The notes below the pieces were generated by a model, which saw only the letters and a list, made by a program, of their open reading frames with translations, did no database searches and had not been told where the DNA came from. From contig NW_024704742.1 in assembly GCF_018977255.1 (NCBI RefSeq), positions 100,380,001 through 100,444,000 of the forward strand: a DNA stretch of 64,000 nt, written 5' to 3'. A program made the translations under genes and the position numbers. The DNA is from Callorhinchus milii. Its lineage: Eukaryota. Below are positions 1 to 12,559 of the stretch, piece by piece; the first letter of the stretch is position 1, and every line of letters begins with the position of its first letter.

Positions 1-293
1 ATGTTTCATTTTGACAGAAATATTCATCATTCGTGAGCAGCACACTTCAATTTGAAGAACTGCAAAAAACAACTTTCAAATTACGACTGAACTTAAGAAT
101 GTTCTAACAATCTGGTGATCTTATATTTTGAGATAATGGTCCTAAAACCATGTGAATGTTTGGGACACGGATAATAATTTGATGCAACATCTTGTCACAT
201 TGAAACATCTCAAAAGGCTTTGCAGTGTTCTCCGCAAAATGCAATAACTTTGTGAAAGGCGCTATACAAATGTAATTTTTTGTTGTTGTATCT

Positions 294-507
294 ATAATAA
301 TAATAATAATAATCCTTGCATTTGATATAGCGCTTTTCACGTCGGGAGGACGTCCCAAAGCGCTTCACAGAACATACTGTAAAGTGAATTGACTGTATAT
401 TTGTGGGCGAATGCGGCAGCCGATTGCGCACAGCAATGTCCCACAAACAGTCGTAGATTGAAAATGACCAATTTATTATTGTTTTGGGTTTTGGAGGGAT
501 TATTATT
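294..507 (-). mobile_element. 5'-truncated young tRNA-derived SINE
   Basis: Reverse complement of the body and (TTA)n tail seen in full copies at 4021, 17572 and 47629. Confidence 0.9.
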
Positions 508-660
508 GGGATAAATAACAACAGAATTACATTTGTATAGCGCCTTTCATGTCCGGAGGACATCCCAAGGTAAATACAACAAGGTAAAGCATCTTGGGAC
601 GTCCTACTGATGTGAAAGGCATTATACGAATGTAATTTTGTTGTTGTTGTTGTTGATAAC

Positions 661-868
661 GTGGGAACCAATTTGCACACAGCAATTTCCCACAAACAGC
701 CAGGAAGTGAATAACCAATTTAACACGTGAAGGCACGCACCACAGACAATGCAACACTCTCCCAGCACTGCATTGGAGTGTCAACCTGGAATATGAGCCC
801 AGAGTCCCAATTAGGGCTTGAACCTACAACCTTCTGATTCAAGCGGCCAGAATGGAGCCAGACTGACA
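661..868 (-). mobile_element. Older Deu-type SINE fragment
   Basis: tRNA-like head (minus strand tcagaaggttgtaggttcaagcc) and body shared with copies at 19370-19800 and 38105-38880. Confidence 0.7.
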
Positions 869-2645
869 CCTGGATGGACACGACAGTATGCAGAGAAAGG
901 AAATTGCCCATTGTCAATGTGCTCCTTTTAATTACTACAAAATTGTGATCCAGTATCCCCAACATGACCTGTTTATAGTTCTGTCAGTGTTAACTAGGTT
1001 TATTGTTAAACCTTTTCTCCTTTCAGCTTTGAAAACAGGATCCCAAGTCCTTTAGTGACGTTTGATTTCCAGGTCAATCAGGTTGGTCTAAACCTCTCGC
1101 TTCGGGGAGTCAAACTGAAAGTAATACAATCCCTAGAAATCTAATGGAATTTGTCTGCTACCAAACTCTGTCTCCATTTTCACTCCATTTTCCGAGCACA
1201 GCAAAATTTGTTACCAGTTTGATTCAGAGTGAAAGGTGGAGCTAGCAATATAGTAAATAAAGTAAGTAGTTCAGGTAAAGCTAAAGGAGCTGAGGCCTGA
1301 ATTATCTCATGATTTTAGCCATAAACATGCTGTTGTAAAATTTATAAGCTAGGAGAATTTGGGGGAATACAATCCAAATTTCTGTACCATTTTAATATTT
1401 TAACACAGTAGTCTTACAGCTTGTACCGTGAGAAACACTGGGCTTCTCTGAGGAGAACAGTGGCTAGATGGAAACTTAACTAAAACAATGAGCACTTATT
1501 GGGGAAAGAGAAATGGGAGAGAGTTAAAGTGCCCTGAAAGGCATTAAACATCGCTGACAGCTTAAACTGCTATAACCTTCTGCTGGCGATGTCCTGGACT
1601 GGATGGGAAAACAGCCCATTCATCTTCAAAACCATTCTGTGGTGGAGTAGATCTTGCTAAATAAAAAAACACCATCCCTGATACATCAAACAAACCTGTT
1701 CAATGAAAGTACCCAAGAGCATTGTTTCACATAAAGATTTCTGGTGTATTCATTAGTGCACATGTGCAGTCCTTTCCCCTCTCAGGAGTTTCTGAAGTGC
1801 TGATGACACATTAGTATAACCTGAGTGTTTATTTGAAAACTGATTAGATTCGGAAAGGCTGTTGTTTCGAACCGCTCTCCTCAATCAGGAGATGTTGCAA
1901 TGTTGCAATCTGACTTGATTCTATTTTAATAATAGTGTTTCTGAAGCAAATGAATCGGCTCTGATCAAAAGACACGATACCAGAGGCAGCCTGGTGTAGA
2001 TGTGTTGATCCTATGTGCATCATTCCTCCATGAAGTCAGTTTCCATTATGTGTGAGTGTTGGTGTTGGGGGGATTGGGGAGGATGAGGTTGATATTTTTC
2101 AGTCCTTGCAAGTTTCAATGCATGTCTTCCTAGTTGAATTCCACCCATTCCCCACCCCCTTCCCCTCTGCTACTCAGTCTTTTTCAGCCCAAGCACTGGT
2201 TTGTGGAGTAATGTTAGAAATGGAAGCCATTAAAAAGTCCATTGCCTTATCCCTCAGACAGAGGATCAGATTAAGAGTCCACCACCATACATGGGGAACA
2301 AGAGAGGGATGGCGAGGGATAATTTAAGAGATAAAAGTAATGAAAGTCTCTGTGATGTCAGGAATCTCTGATGATAATGGTGCTGCCGTTGATCAACATC
2401 AAAGGCGACAGTATACAAACACAAACTACCCTGACTTTTTATATCAGACTTCATTCTGAACGGTCCATTTTTATGAAGGGCCAAGTTTTTTTTTAAATTG
2501 TCTTTATAAATGTATGATGCGTTAATTGTGGACTGATGGTGCTAGTTGACACATTGTTGAAAAGAGTAACCATCTTATGTATTAATTATCAACATAAGTT
2601 CAAAATTACCTCCCTGTCTCTGTATTCTATATCTCTTTTGCATAC

Positions 2646-3322
2646 TGTTAGAATTTATATTTTTTGTATAATGTTAAAATCATAATAGATATTGCGAACG
2701 GGTTAACTTTTAGATTAAGTATGAGCCAATCGGACACCCCCACGGGAACTCGTGGGCAGGACCGAAACTCATGATTACAAGGACAATATTTGTGCTGCTT
2801 GCACGTAAAGTTCAAGATTAGGTGAGTGTCTCAAGGACAATGTGGGTGCTAATGCATGTATGCCCCACAAAATGTTCACGTGAACCTAGTGTGACTTTAA
2901 CCATGTGATCCAATGTCTGAATAATGATTAGACGTAAGTGAGCATAAAAGTCCATTCAACCCTTTGTTCGGGGGCTCTCCGAGACCAGGTCTCCACGACA
3001 ATATCTACTGGTGATGGAAGACTGAAAGCTAGAAGGTAGCTGGCAGTGCTGGAAGACTGAAAGCTAGAAGGTATCTGACGGTGCTGGAAGACTGAAAGCT
3101 TGAACATTGAAGGAAGCCTCCGTAGTGAAGACCTGACGGAAGATTTATACCCCGGTAGTATTGTTGGTGAATCTACCAATCGTACTTGCTTGCCCACGCC
3201 CATCGGGAACTTGAACGGATCCTTGACTTTAATAAACACCACTCTGGTTGCAAACAGTAGCTGTGTTTGATTGAAACTCACGTTTTCTAAAACTGTGGAG
3301 TGTTTGTTAATCTCACTCTGCA
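2646..3322 (+). mobile_element. Probable solo LTR of an endogenous retrovirus
   Basis: Starts TGTTAGAA; CpG-retaining; CCAAT, TATA-like CATAAAA near 2943, ccctttgttcggggctct, AATAAA at 3231. 3' boundary and TSD unresolved because a SINE is inserted next to it. Confidence 0.6.
3015..3104 (+). repeat. 35-bp tandem repeat, about 2.5 copies, inside the LTR
   Basis: tggaagactgaaagctagaaggtagctggcagtgc / tggaagactgaaagctagaaggtatctgacggtgc / tggaagactgaaagcttgaa. Confidence 0.9.
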
Positions 3323-3326
3323 TCTA

Positions 3327-3648
3327 ATAATAATAATAATCCTTGCATTTGATATAGAACTTTTCACGTCTTCTAGACGTCTCACAGCGCTTCACAGAAT
3401 ATATTGTAAAGTGAATTTACTGTATATTTGTGGGCAAATCGTGGCAGCCAATTACGCACAGCTGTGTCCCACAAACAGTCATGGATCGAAGTGACCAATT
3501 TTATTGTTTTTGTTTTCTGTTTTTTCTTGAGGAATTATTATCAGGTGTGGAATAAGGAAACTTGTCCAAGGTTTCGCCCTGCCAAGAATTGAACCCAGGT
3601 CTCTCGCTTGAAAGGCAAGTTCTCTAACAATGACACTATAGGCTCCAC
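3327..3648 (-). mobile_element. Full-length tRNA-derived SINE (diverged copy)
   Basis: Complete head to tail; flanked by ATCTA at 3322-3326 and 3649-3653, a probable TSD. Confidence 0.9.
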
Positions 3649-4020
3649 ATCTACCCTTATATCCTTCTATATTCTCCTTAGGTAAATACTTATTCAATTT
3701 GTTTTCGAAGGTATTAATTGACACAACATGAACTACCTCTGGAGCATTACAGCAATAATTTCCATTTATGTAGCACCTTTCATCTCAGGAGGACATCTCA
3801 AAGTACGTCACAATAGTGACTGGGTGTCAGAGCAAGGTTGGGAGTGGGGGGAGAAACTGAGGGAGGGGGTGGGAAAGACTAGTTACAATACTATTTACGG
3901 GCTAAGACCAGTTAGAAAATCGGGCGTATTATGTCCAATGCTTTTGCATATGAGAGATATAAATGCAATAAACTTGGATGATAAGCAAATACAACTAGTC
4001 CGTCTGGGAAAGACTCCATC

Positions 4021-4350
4021 GTGGAGTCCTGTAGCTCAGTGGTTAGAGCACTCGCTTTGCAAGCGAGAGACCTGAGTTCAATTCCAGGCAGGGCGAAACC
4101 TTGGGCAAGTTTCTTTACTCCACACGCCTAATAATAATCCCTCCAAAACAAAAAAGACAATAATAAATTGGTCGTTTTCAATCTACGACTGTTTGTGGGA
4201 CATTGCTGTGCGCAATTGGCTGCCGCGTTCGCCCACAAATATACAGTCAATTCACTTTACAGTGTGAAGCGCTTTGGGACGTCCTCCCGACATGAAAAGC
4301 GCTATATCAAATGCAAGGATTATTATTATTAATATTATTATTATTATTAT
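4021..4350 (+). mobile_element. Full-length young tRNA-derived SINE
   Basis: Head gtggagtcctgtagctcagtggttagagc (Pol III A box), gagttcaattcc (B box), Deu-like body, L2-type 3' end, (TTA)n tail. Confidence 0.95.
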
Positions 4351-5149
4351 ACCTTACCAGTGGAAACAAGGCTGAATTGAAACTGAAGAGAAACCAACTT
4401 AAAATCTTGCAGCAAAAACAAATTTGTTCAGTTACATTGTTTTCCCTGCTGTCTCTCTCTGCTCACAAGTATATGTTTGAATTATCCTCTTCATGGCCCT
4501 CCCTTATCCCCAAACTCAGATCCCCACTACTTGCTTTAATGTATTCCCTACCCGTTATTTTCTTCTGCTCAACATCAGTTGAGCTAATTTCTGCTTACTT
4601 TGACTTTCCCTAAGAACTCAACACCCACAACAGCTTAACATGCCTTCCCCAGGCTGAGGTTGCTTTGCCCTGCCTTCACTTGCCTGGCCCAGCATCAGAT
4701 CGCTCCTGCCAATTTCACTTGCCTCCCCGCAGCTCCCGATGGTTTCTCTTGCTTCCCTGTTGCCTCCTGCAAGTGAACAGCAACGACAAAGCAAAAGGGA
4801 GTAAAGAAATGAAATAAAAAAAGAGCAAAAGGAAAGTAACACAGAGAAACAAACGAGCAACAGAACTATTGGAAAAGCGAAAAGAAAATAGACAGCATGA
4901 GCGAAATAAGGCAAGGGAACAGAAGAAAAAGGCCCAATGAGAGAAAGAGTAAAGAAAACAAATAAGAAAAATGGCTATGCTCCCAAAGCATACAGTGAAA
5001 GAATTCTGACTCAGTAACCTCTTGACTGCAACTAAAAAAATGATGAGGAAATGCTTCTAGTCAGCCTTTAGAGGTAGTCTGGCACATCATGCTTAAAGGC
5101 CCTACAACTATTCACACAAGATATTTTAGTTGTTCAAAGTTATTTTAAG

Positions 5150-5350
5150 CACGTAGGAACAGGAGATCATTGAGTCCAACAACTGCAGATCTTTCAATGC
5201 CATTCCAAGCCTTTTTTTTGCCATATCCCTTGAAACCCTTATTTCCCTGGACTCCATCTCCCTTTTCAATATCACAATCTATGGAATCTATGGAAATCAG
5301 TGCTTTTTGCACTGTTACTGCTGTCTGCATGAAGAGATATCTTCCAATCT
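5150..5350 (-). mobile_element. Decayed CR1 LINE 3' fragment
   Basis: Resembles the reverse complement of the CR1 3' end at 42180-42412. Confidence 0.55.
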
Positions 5351-5364
5351 CACGTTTACTCCTG

Positions 5365-5612
5365 CTGATGGGAGTCAATCAGGAGGCCCCCCTGATTGAC
5401 TCCCGTCAGGGCCTCATACCTCAGGCACTGACAACATCACCATCCAAGGATGCAGACTTGCATGATCGCTTTCGATCACTCTGCTTCCCCCACGCCCTCC
5501 ACCCTCCCCAATCCCGACTTCCAGCTCGGGTCCAAAACACTGATTGTCCAGCGCTTTGGGACATCTTCCCGATGTGAAAGGCACTATACAAATGTTATTT
5601 TGTTGTTGTTGT
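5365..5612 (+). mobile_element. Short, internally deleted L2 fragment with a fold-back 5' end
   Basis: Encodes a decayed ALLIGSRQ...TDNITIQGC segment, then jumps to the L2 3' tail with (TTG)n. Confidence 0.75.
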
Positions 5613-5709
5613 ACTCTGCTTTGTAATGTGGCACTGTTCAGTGCTTAGAATGATTTCATTTTGTTCATGTAATTAAATCCAGTGGGAAGTTGCACATGTT
5701 CTTATTCGT

Positions 5710-6060
5710 AATAATCTTTGCATTTGATACAGCCCTTATAATGTTAAAACATCTCAAAGCCCTTCACACGGTATTCTATGAAGTACAGTGACTATGTTCA
5801 GCGCCTTGGGACGTCTTCCTGACGTGAAAGGCGCTCTATAAATGGAATCTTATTGTTGTTGTTGTTGTATGTATTTGTATGCAAATGTTGGATTGTTGAC
5901 AGGAAGAAACTCCCTTCTCTTTTCAAATGGTGTGATGAGATCTTTAGCATCCATTTGAATAGACAAACAGATCTCGCTTTATTGTCGCATCCAAAGACAA
6001 CACCTCCAACAATGCAGCATTGCCCTTACACTGCACAGGAGTGTCAGTCTGGACTATGAA
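5710..6060 (-). mobile_element. Deu-type SINE interrupted by a plus-strand L2 tail (about 5797-5868)
   Basis: Deu-type tail and body either side of cagcgccttgggacgtc...gtgaaaggcgctctataaatgg(ttg)n. Confidence 0.7.
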
Positions 6061-6639
6061 CTTGCATGAAAACTTTGATGATCAGTTACTGCAGAAATCT
6101 TTCCACAACCCTCCTGCTGCCTGAAAGCGAGTGCAGAAATGTTGCCAAATAGAATTCTTTATAGTGAAAACAAAAAAGATAATAAAATGGCTTTTTACCA
6201 AATTTGAAAAAATACAACTCTTTCTACTATAAAATGGGATTTCCCGAGGGAGTGTCTCTTCCCATCACGCACCCTATCCGTCTGGGTGGGTGGGGGGGTG
6301 GGGGGGGAGGGGTCACACAACCCAGAATCTTGAACTGGACACTCTAAAGCACTGTAAAGGGTTTCCACGCTCGTTGAAGAAAAATATCAATGTCTTTTTA
6401 TATCACCCGCCAGGGAGGCATGGTTTGTGGTCAGATCAATTAGTTTCATAGTTTTCGGATCCCTGTCTGAGAAGGCTGTTCAGCAAACATGAGGCATGCT
6501 GCCTGGATGGCTCGAGTGGAAAGAGTCAGTCCTGCATTTTTGCCACAGTTAGCATTTGAACCCATGTCCTCCAGCAATGTGCAGGTCCCAAAAAACTCAG
6601 CAAGATTAAGATGAATTTGTTCATAAAACTAATAACACG

Positions 6640-7195
6640 GCTGAAACCCTTACTCACACATTTATCACCTCCCACCTCAATTTTCCAATCCCTTCCTTGC
6701 TGGTTTCCCTACCTCCCCCATTCATAAAATCCAATTAATTCAAAACTCTGCCACTCATATCCTCACCCTTGCTAAATTCTGCAACCCATCATCCCAGTGC
6801 TTGCCAGGCTCCATTGGCTCCCTATTGCAGAATAGATTGATTTTAAGATCTTAACATTTGTGTACAAATCACTTCATACCCTGGCACCTCCCTACCTATC
6901 TGACCTACTTACAGCCCCCTCCTCTACCCATCATTTTGCTCAGCTGGCTCTGGCAGGTCCTTCAACCCCATCATTGGTGGCTATGTTTCAGCCACTACGT
7001 TCCGAGGCTCTGGAATTGTCTGCCTCAATCGCTGCATCTTGTCCCCTCCTTGGCTGTCTTCAGATCGCATCTGAAGACCTTTCTCTTTGACCATGCCTAT
7101 GGTCACCTCTCCTCCCTCCTAAGCTCCACTACTGTTAAGCACTTCGAAACACTACCTGCGTGAAGGGCACTATATAAGTGCAAGTTGTTGTTGTT
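6640..7195 (+). mobile_element. L2-clade LINE 3' fragment
   Basis: Decayed C-terminal motifs (LHWLP, FK.L, APPYLSDLL, PRLWN, LKTFLF) and (TTG)n tail. Confidence 0.9.
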
Positions 7196-8769
7196 TCATA
7201 GGTCTTGGCATTTGTTTATTGTTCAAATAATCCTTGCTGGGAAGAGCCAGGAAGAATAAATAGAAATGACTTGAAGATACCTCACACTGAATGAATTGGT
7301 GCTGAAGGAATAGCAAACAGGAATATATTAGCAACTACAGCACCTCATAATGACTTTTATTTTTGCATCCTGCAGATGAAGAATGTCATTCCTTCCCTCA
7401 ATGAACTGACTTTCCTTTGTTCTTGTTAAGTGCCCCCGCAATAACAGAGAGATCCGCTTCAAAGGACAGACACACAAAGTATTTTTTATATACATCGGAT
7501 AATAACCAGCCGGAATAGGTTACTATGAAGGATTGTTAAAACTATGACACATTAAAGAAGTAGCTCAACACTGTTATGGTAAAGGGAAGACAGTAAGTTT
7601 GGAAGGATGAGATCTAATGGTCAAAGAGACTTTTTCATCCAAACTCTGTTTTCTTTATCATTGTGTGAGAGAGCAATATGTTACACTTCAGCCTTCAAGT
7701 GACAAATCAAGGCCTAATTATTGCTCCAAACATTATGGAATAGGCTATAGACCAAGAATGCCCCATTACATGAATCAAGAGAATAACAAAGATCTGAAAG
7801 TGGATTAGAAGGATGGAAAGCAGTTGAAGAACACTGAACTGGTTAAGAGAACAACTCCACAAGTTCCTGAGATTGCTTTAAGGCACTGGAAACTTTGACA
7901 GCAATTTCAGCTGCTTGGAATACAATTGAGGTATTTTGTTCCCCTTGGTTTGGAACGCAGGGTCAAGTGTTTGTGTTTAGTAATGGTGCATTGCTTCAAG
8001 TAAAATGGAAACAATTTACAACCTGCTGCCTTTTCAGAAACCAAACTGGTTTCACTCTATTTTTTTTAAAAAGTGAAATAAATCCAGTTTGATTTGCTGC
8101 GTGATATAACTTGCCTTTGAAGCTGATGGCAGTTTGTTATCATTGTCCAGCTGTCATGTGACAGGAAGAGACTGTTTTATTTTAAGAATACACAATGATA
8201 CCAAGTATATAAAATACTTTGTAAATGTTAGAATAAATTAAAATCCTAATCTCTCTGAGACTGGTCCCACTGAAACTGTAAAAATACATTAATGCAGTTA
8301 GGGAGTTTCCCGACTTCCAATAATTTCTAAGTGTTTGTTTCTAAACAGAGTTTTTTTGCACAAAATAAAATACCGCTAGAGTTTGGTTAAGAGACTGAGG
8401 TCACAAGCCAGGTGGAAATAAAAGAGCTGGGATTTTTCCATGGCAACATTCCAAGTAAGAACATAAGGAAAAGATCTTCAGCTTTTACAAATCCTTTCTG
8501 ATTCTCACTCTCTTATTTACCCACCTTCTCACCATCACCAGTTTTTCTCACTCCAGAACTGGAGCTAGTTGCACTCATTCACACAGCTGACTTAAAACAA
8601 ATTCTTGCAGTTAATACAGTACATTTCACTTAGTTGAGTTTAGTTGAATTTTAGAGGAACTTGAGCAATGCAGATCCCTCATCACTCTGTGGGACCCTTC
8701 TAAAAAACCTCCGTATCTCCTACCTCCGCAGACTTCCACTCTGTCTTTGTCTTTGAGATGTTAACTGGG

Positions 8770-9240
8770 GGATATTACACAAGGTGCCTCAGGCATATGT
8801 ACTGGGACTGCCACAGCTCCTTGAATATATTAATGACCTGGATTCACAGACCCAGTATAAGGTAGTTGAATTCACAGATGGTATCAAGTTAGCAGTATCT
8901 ATGGCATCAGTGGAGGTAGAAAAGAGAGGAATAAGCTATGAACAACAATTAGACAAGCTAGAACTATTCAGTCCTGAGAGAAGACGTTTCAAAGGGGATC
9001 TGATAGAAGTGTATAACATTTTAAATGGGATTGAGAAAATAAGCCCAGAACAATATTTTAAGAGCACCAAGATAGATAGAGCCAAATAGATAAAGGTTTA
9101 GAGCTGTAAAGCGCAGTTTCAGGACATTTTTCTTTACTCAGAAGGAAGGTAATTAATGACTGGAACAGATTGCAGGAAGGGTTGTTGAGGACAGGTCATT
9201 GGACTCATTTAAAAAACTGTTTAATGCTGTGATAAGAGAA
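8770..9240 (+). mobile_element. CR1 LINE fragment; tail resumes at about 9810-9875 after a nested L2
   Basis: YINDLD...KLELFSPERRRFKGDLIEVYNILNG motifs typical of CR1 ORF2. Confidence 0.85.
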
Positions 9241-9244
9241 CAGT

Positions 9245-9803
9245 AGGGTAGGCCTCCCAACTAGACTTCTCAAATGCCCACTTCGCCAGTCTACCCAGCT
9301 CCACCATGCATTGGATCCAACTGATCCAAAACTCCATGCCCACATACTCACCTGCACTAAACTCCATACCCCCATCACACCAGTTCTAGCCAGGCTCCAC
9401 TGGCTCCCCACCATTAAATGGGTTGATTTCAAGATCTTCACACTTATTTTCAAATCCTTTCATGCCCTGGCACCTCCCTATCTCTCCGACCTGCTCACCC
9501 CCCAACCCCCAACCCGCTGACTCCACTGGACTGGCTCCGGCCTTCTGCATGTCCCTCGTGCTTTCTGTTCCACCATTGGCGGCCGCGCTTTCGGCTACTA
9601 TGCCCCGAAACTCTGGAACACCCTTCCTCTATCTTGCTCTTTACTTCCCTATTTTCAGGTCACGCCTGAAGACCTTCCTATTCAACCGTACCTATGGTCA
9701 CCTCCCCCTCCCTCTGGCTTGGAGTCTTGCTCTGTTACTGTCAAATGCTCTGGGAGGTTACCCTGTCTGAGAGGCGCTATATAAATGCAAGTTGTTGTTG
9801 TTG
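9245..9803 (+). mobile_element. L2-clade LINE 3' fragment nested in CR1
   Basis: PITPVLARLHWLP...DFKIFTLIFKSFHALAPPYLSDLL and (TTG)n tail. Confidence 0.9.
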
Positions 9804-10499
9804 GTGTTCTGTAAGGATAAAATTAAATGGACTGAAAGATCTTCTTCATCCAAACTAGTCTTGTGATTTTATGAATTACATTAAATGCATGCTATAAGTG
9901 CAACTTCTTGGTGTGATGTTAGGAAGTGGGGGAAGTGGATGCCTTTTTCAACACTTTTTCTATTGTAATGCACTATTTTAGTTTAAATACCCAGGGATAC
10001 CTCTGAACCTGGTGGGGCTTACCACAAAAAAAACAAGAAACATTTTATCAGTCTGATTATTTGTTTGAAAAATTGATTTCATTCTGGCTAGAACTTGTAA
10101 ATGAAGCACGAAGGACATACTTAGTAGACCACAGCTTGGTTCCAGGCTCCATTTTAGTTACAGGTTAGCCATCACTGTTGTAGGCAAATGCACTGTATCG
10201 GAGTATTAGCCAAGACTATGAGCTCAGTTGAAAGTCTTAACATGGTGCTTGAATCCACAACCTTCTGACTCAGAAGCAAGAGAGCTACTAACTGAACAAG
10301 ACCGAAGCAATAACAAGTTCCATCTTCTTTCATTGTAGAATCCCACACTTCCAGTTTATGTTGTATGTTCACACTTTGCTATTCACGCTGTGCAACGTGT
10401 GCTGTGCAGTTGTGATCTATTTGTTGCTCTGATTGTTCAGTGCGACACTTCAGTACATCTAGAGTACAATCCTGGCTTGACTGCATCTAAACTTTCAAC

Positions 10500-10795
10500 G
10501 GAGTCCTGTAGCTCAGTGGTTAGAGCACTCGCTTTGCAAGTGAGAGACCTGAGTTCAATTCCAGGCAGGGCGAAACCTTGGGCAAGTTTCCTTACTCCAC
10601 ACGCCTAATAATAATCCCTCCAAAACAAAACAATAATAAATTGGTCATTTTCAATCTACGACTGTTTGTGGGACATTGCTGTGCGCAATTGGCTGCCGCG
10701 TTCGCCCACAAATATACAGTCAATTCACTTTACAGTACATTCTGTGAAGCGCTTTGGGACGTCCTCCCGACGTGAAAAGCGCTATTATTATTATA
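10500..10795 (+). mobile_element. Young tRNA-derived SINE, tail slightly shortened
   Basis: Near-identical to the 17572 copy. Confidence 0.95.
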
Positions 10796-12559
10796 ACCTG
10801 TAAATCAAGACTGAAACGGCAGCCCTGAGTCAAAAACAAAAGTATCAGGGTCAGCTGTCGTTAAGCAGGAATCCAACCAGGTACCAACATCCTGAAAAAA
10901 ACACTGCCAAAGTTGGGGTCAATTACAATCTGCAGAATTCCACTCTAGTTGTAATAGAATCAGAGCAGATTTCCAGTGGGTTGATATGACCATCTTCCAG
11001 TTATCACTATTTGTGACTCAGAATAACTATTTGTCACTCCTGTTACAAATACTGTGTTTCAGATTCGTTTTGTGTCAAATGAAAAAAAGGGTCTCCACTG
11101 CAAACAGGGGAAATCTTATCTTGGGGATAAATACACAAGTGATTGTAGAGAAAATAAAGGAATTGTACAATAGGAATTCTAGATATTTATATTTTCTCTA
11201 CTTTTATTCAATATTCTACAGGGAGCCGCACAGCCATTTATTTGGAAAAATTGTTGGAGTAACTTGGATTCCTTTGCTACTCTCTGTTTCTAGTGTTAGT
11301 GAATCTTGTCTTTCTGGCATCTGTTAAAAGATTATCAGTGTCTTTTTGCTGTGTGAAAAGTCTCCACTTTCATCTAGAGCAGCATCCTTCCCCAAACACG
11401 ACAGGAATAAGATGTTAAAAAAAATTAAGCAGAGCCAACAAGGTCACTCGTAAGTAACGCCTTTAGATTAAAAGAAATCTATTTTCCATTCTGACCCTGG
11501 AACCTCTTCAATTAATTACAAAAATCTATTTACACAGTAACCCAGATAAAATCAATTGGGTTGTTGGGAATGTTTCCATAAACCTTCCTGAGATTCGCAG
11601 AACAACAGCAACATTCCCTCTGGGTTGCCTCTTCTGTGCTTGGATTAGATAAAGTGCATTAGTGTGTCCCAATTCATTCTTACAGTTCAACTATGCAAGG
11701 CTCACCTTACACTGGAGAATACAGGGGACAGATTGAAGTTCATTTTATTTGTCCCAGCTTTGCCAAATGTCTTGGTGCAATTCATCATTTAGAACCACAG
11801 TGCTCCTGAAAGCATCATCATTCTGTTAAAAACACCAGTCAGTTGCACATTACATACCCAAAGTGTTTTTATAAGATTCTTTTAAACCTGCGGTGAATGC
11901 CATGATCACAATATTCCCCCTCCAACCCCCCACCCCCTCACACCAATAAAACATCATTCCACCTCCCCCGTTCATTGACTCAGTACACTTTAAACTGACC
12001 AGGGCTGTAGTTTTTTGGTAGAAAGTCATTCTGCAGCTTTAAAAATAGCTGCTGATGAGAAGTGCCAGAATAGCTCATTGGTATGTACACGAGAATTTTC
12101 CCAATTAAATGGGCCAATTTGCTGGATTGTCCAGATAGAGGCTTTTTAAAGTATGTGGCCCAAAGCCAGAGCTGTCCATATTCGTCCACAGACTCACATC
12201 AATGTGAGTTATTCTGAGGCTGCGGCAATGCTAAGGCTATTTTCAGCTTCCCAGCTCTTAACCCACGTCTTTCTAATCTGAACAGAAGAAAAACAGATTA
12301 ATATCCACATAACCTGCATGTCCACAAGCTGTGACATGAGCTCTCAATCATAGGACAATTCGCTCTTTGCTCGGCTCAGACTGTTATCTTGACTTGCCTC
12401 AGAAGAATGAAACAAGAACCGAAAAATATACACTTTGGACGGATTTCGGTACTTGGCTGATAGTTTTCTTTTAAACATTACATTTTCAAAGAGAGATTGT
12501 TCTACAGTCACCTCGAAGATTCCTAGACATGGGTTATATTAGAACCAGACTTGTCAGCA

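Noticed and set aside
210..695. Recurring ORFs such as MGKFPYSTRL..., WSFSIYDCLWDIAVRNW...KCKDYYYY
   Set aside because: Chance translations of the SINE consensus and its TTA tail.
3015..3104. CRISPR-like repeat/spacer appearance
   Set aside because: The apparent spacers are near-identical, so it is a tandem repeat; vertebrate intron, no cas genes.
4021..4097. tRNA-Ala(TGC)-like genes (also 10500, 17572, 47629 and others)
   Set aside because: These are SINE heads: the T-stem pairs poorly and each runs into the SINE body and tail.
4618..4914. Hydrophobic 98-aa ORF resembling a membrane peptide
   Set aside because: Arises from the complement of an A/G-rich low-complexity tract; no supporting gene structure.
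6283..6312. G-quadruplex-capable G tract (also poly-G near 21820)
   Set aside because: Common low-complexity feature with no supporting context; the second lies in an L2 3' UTR.
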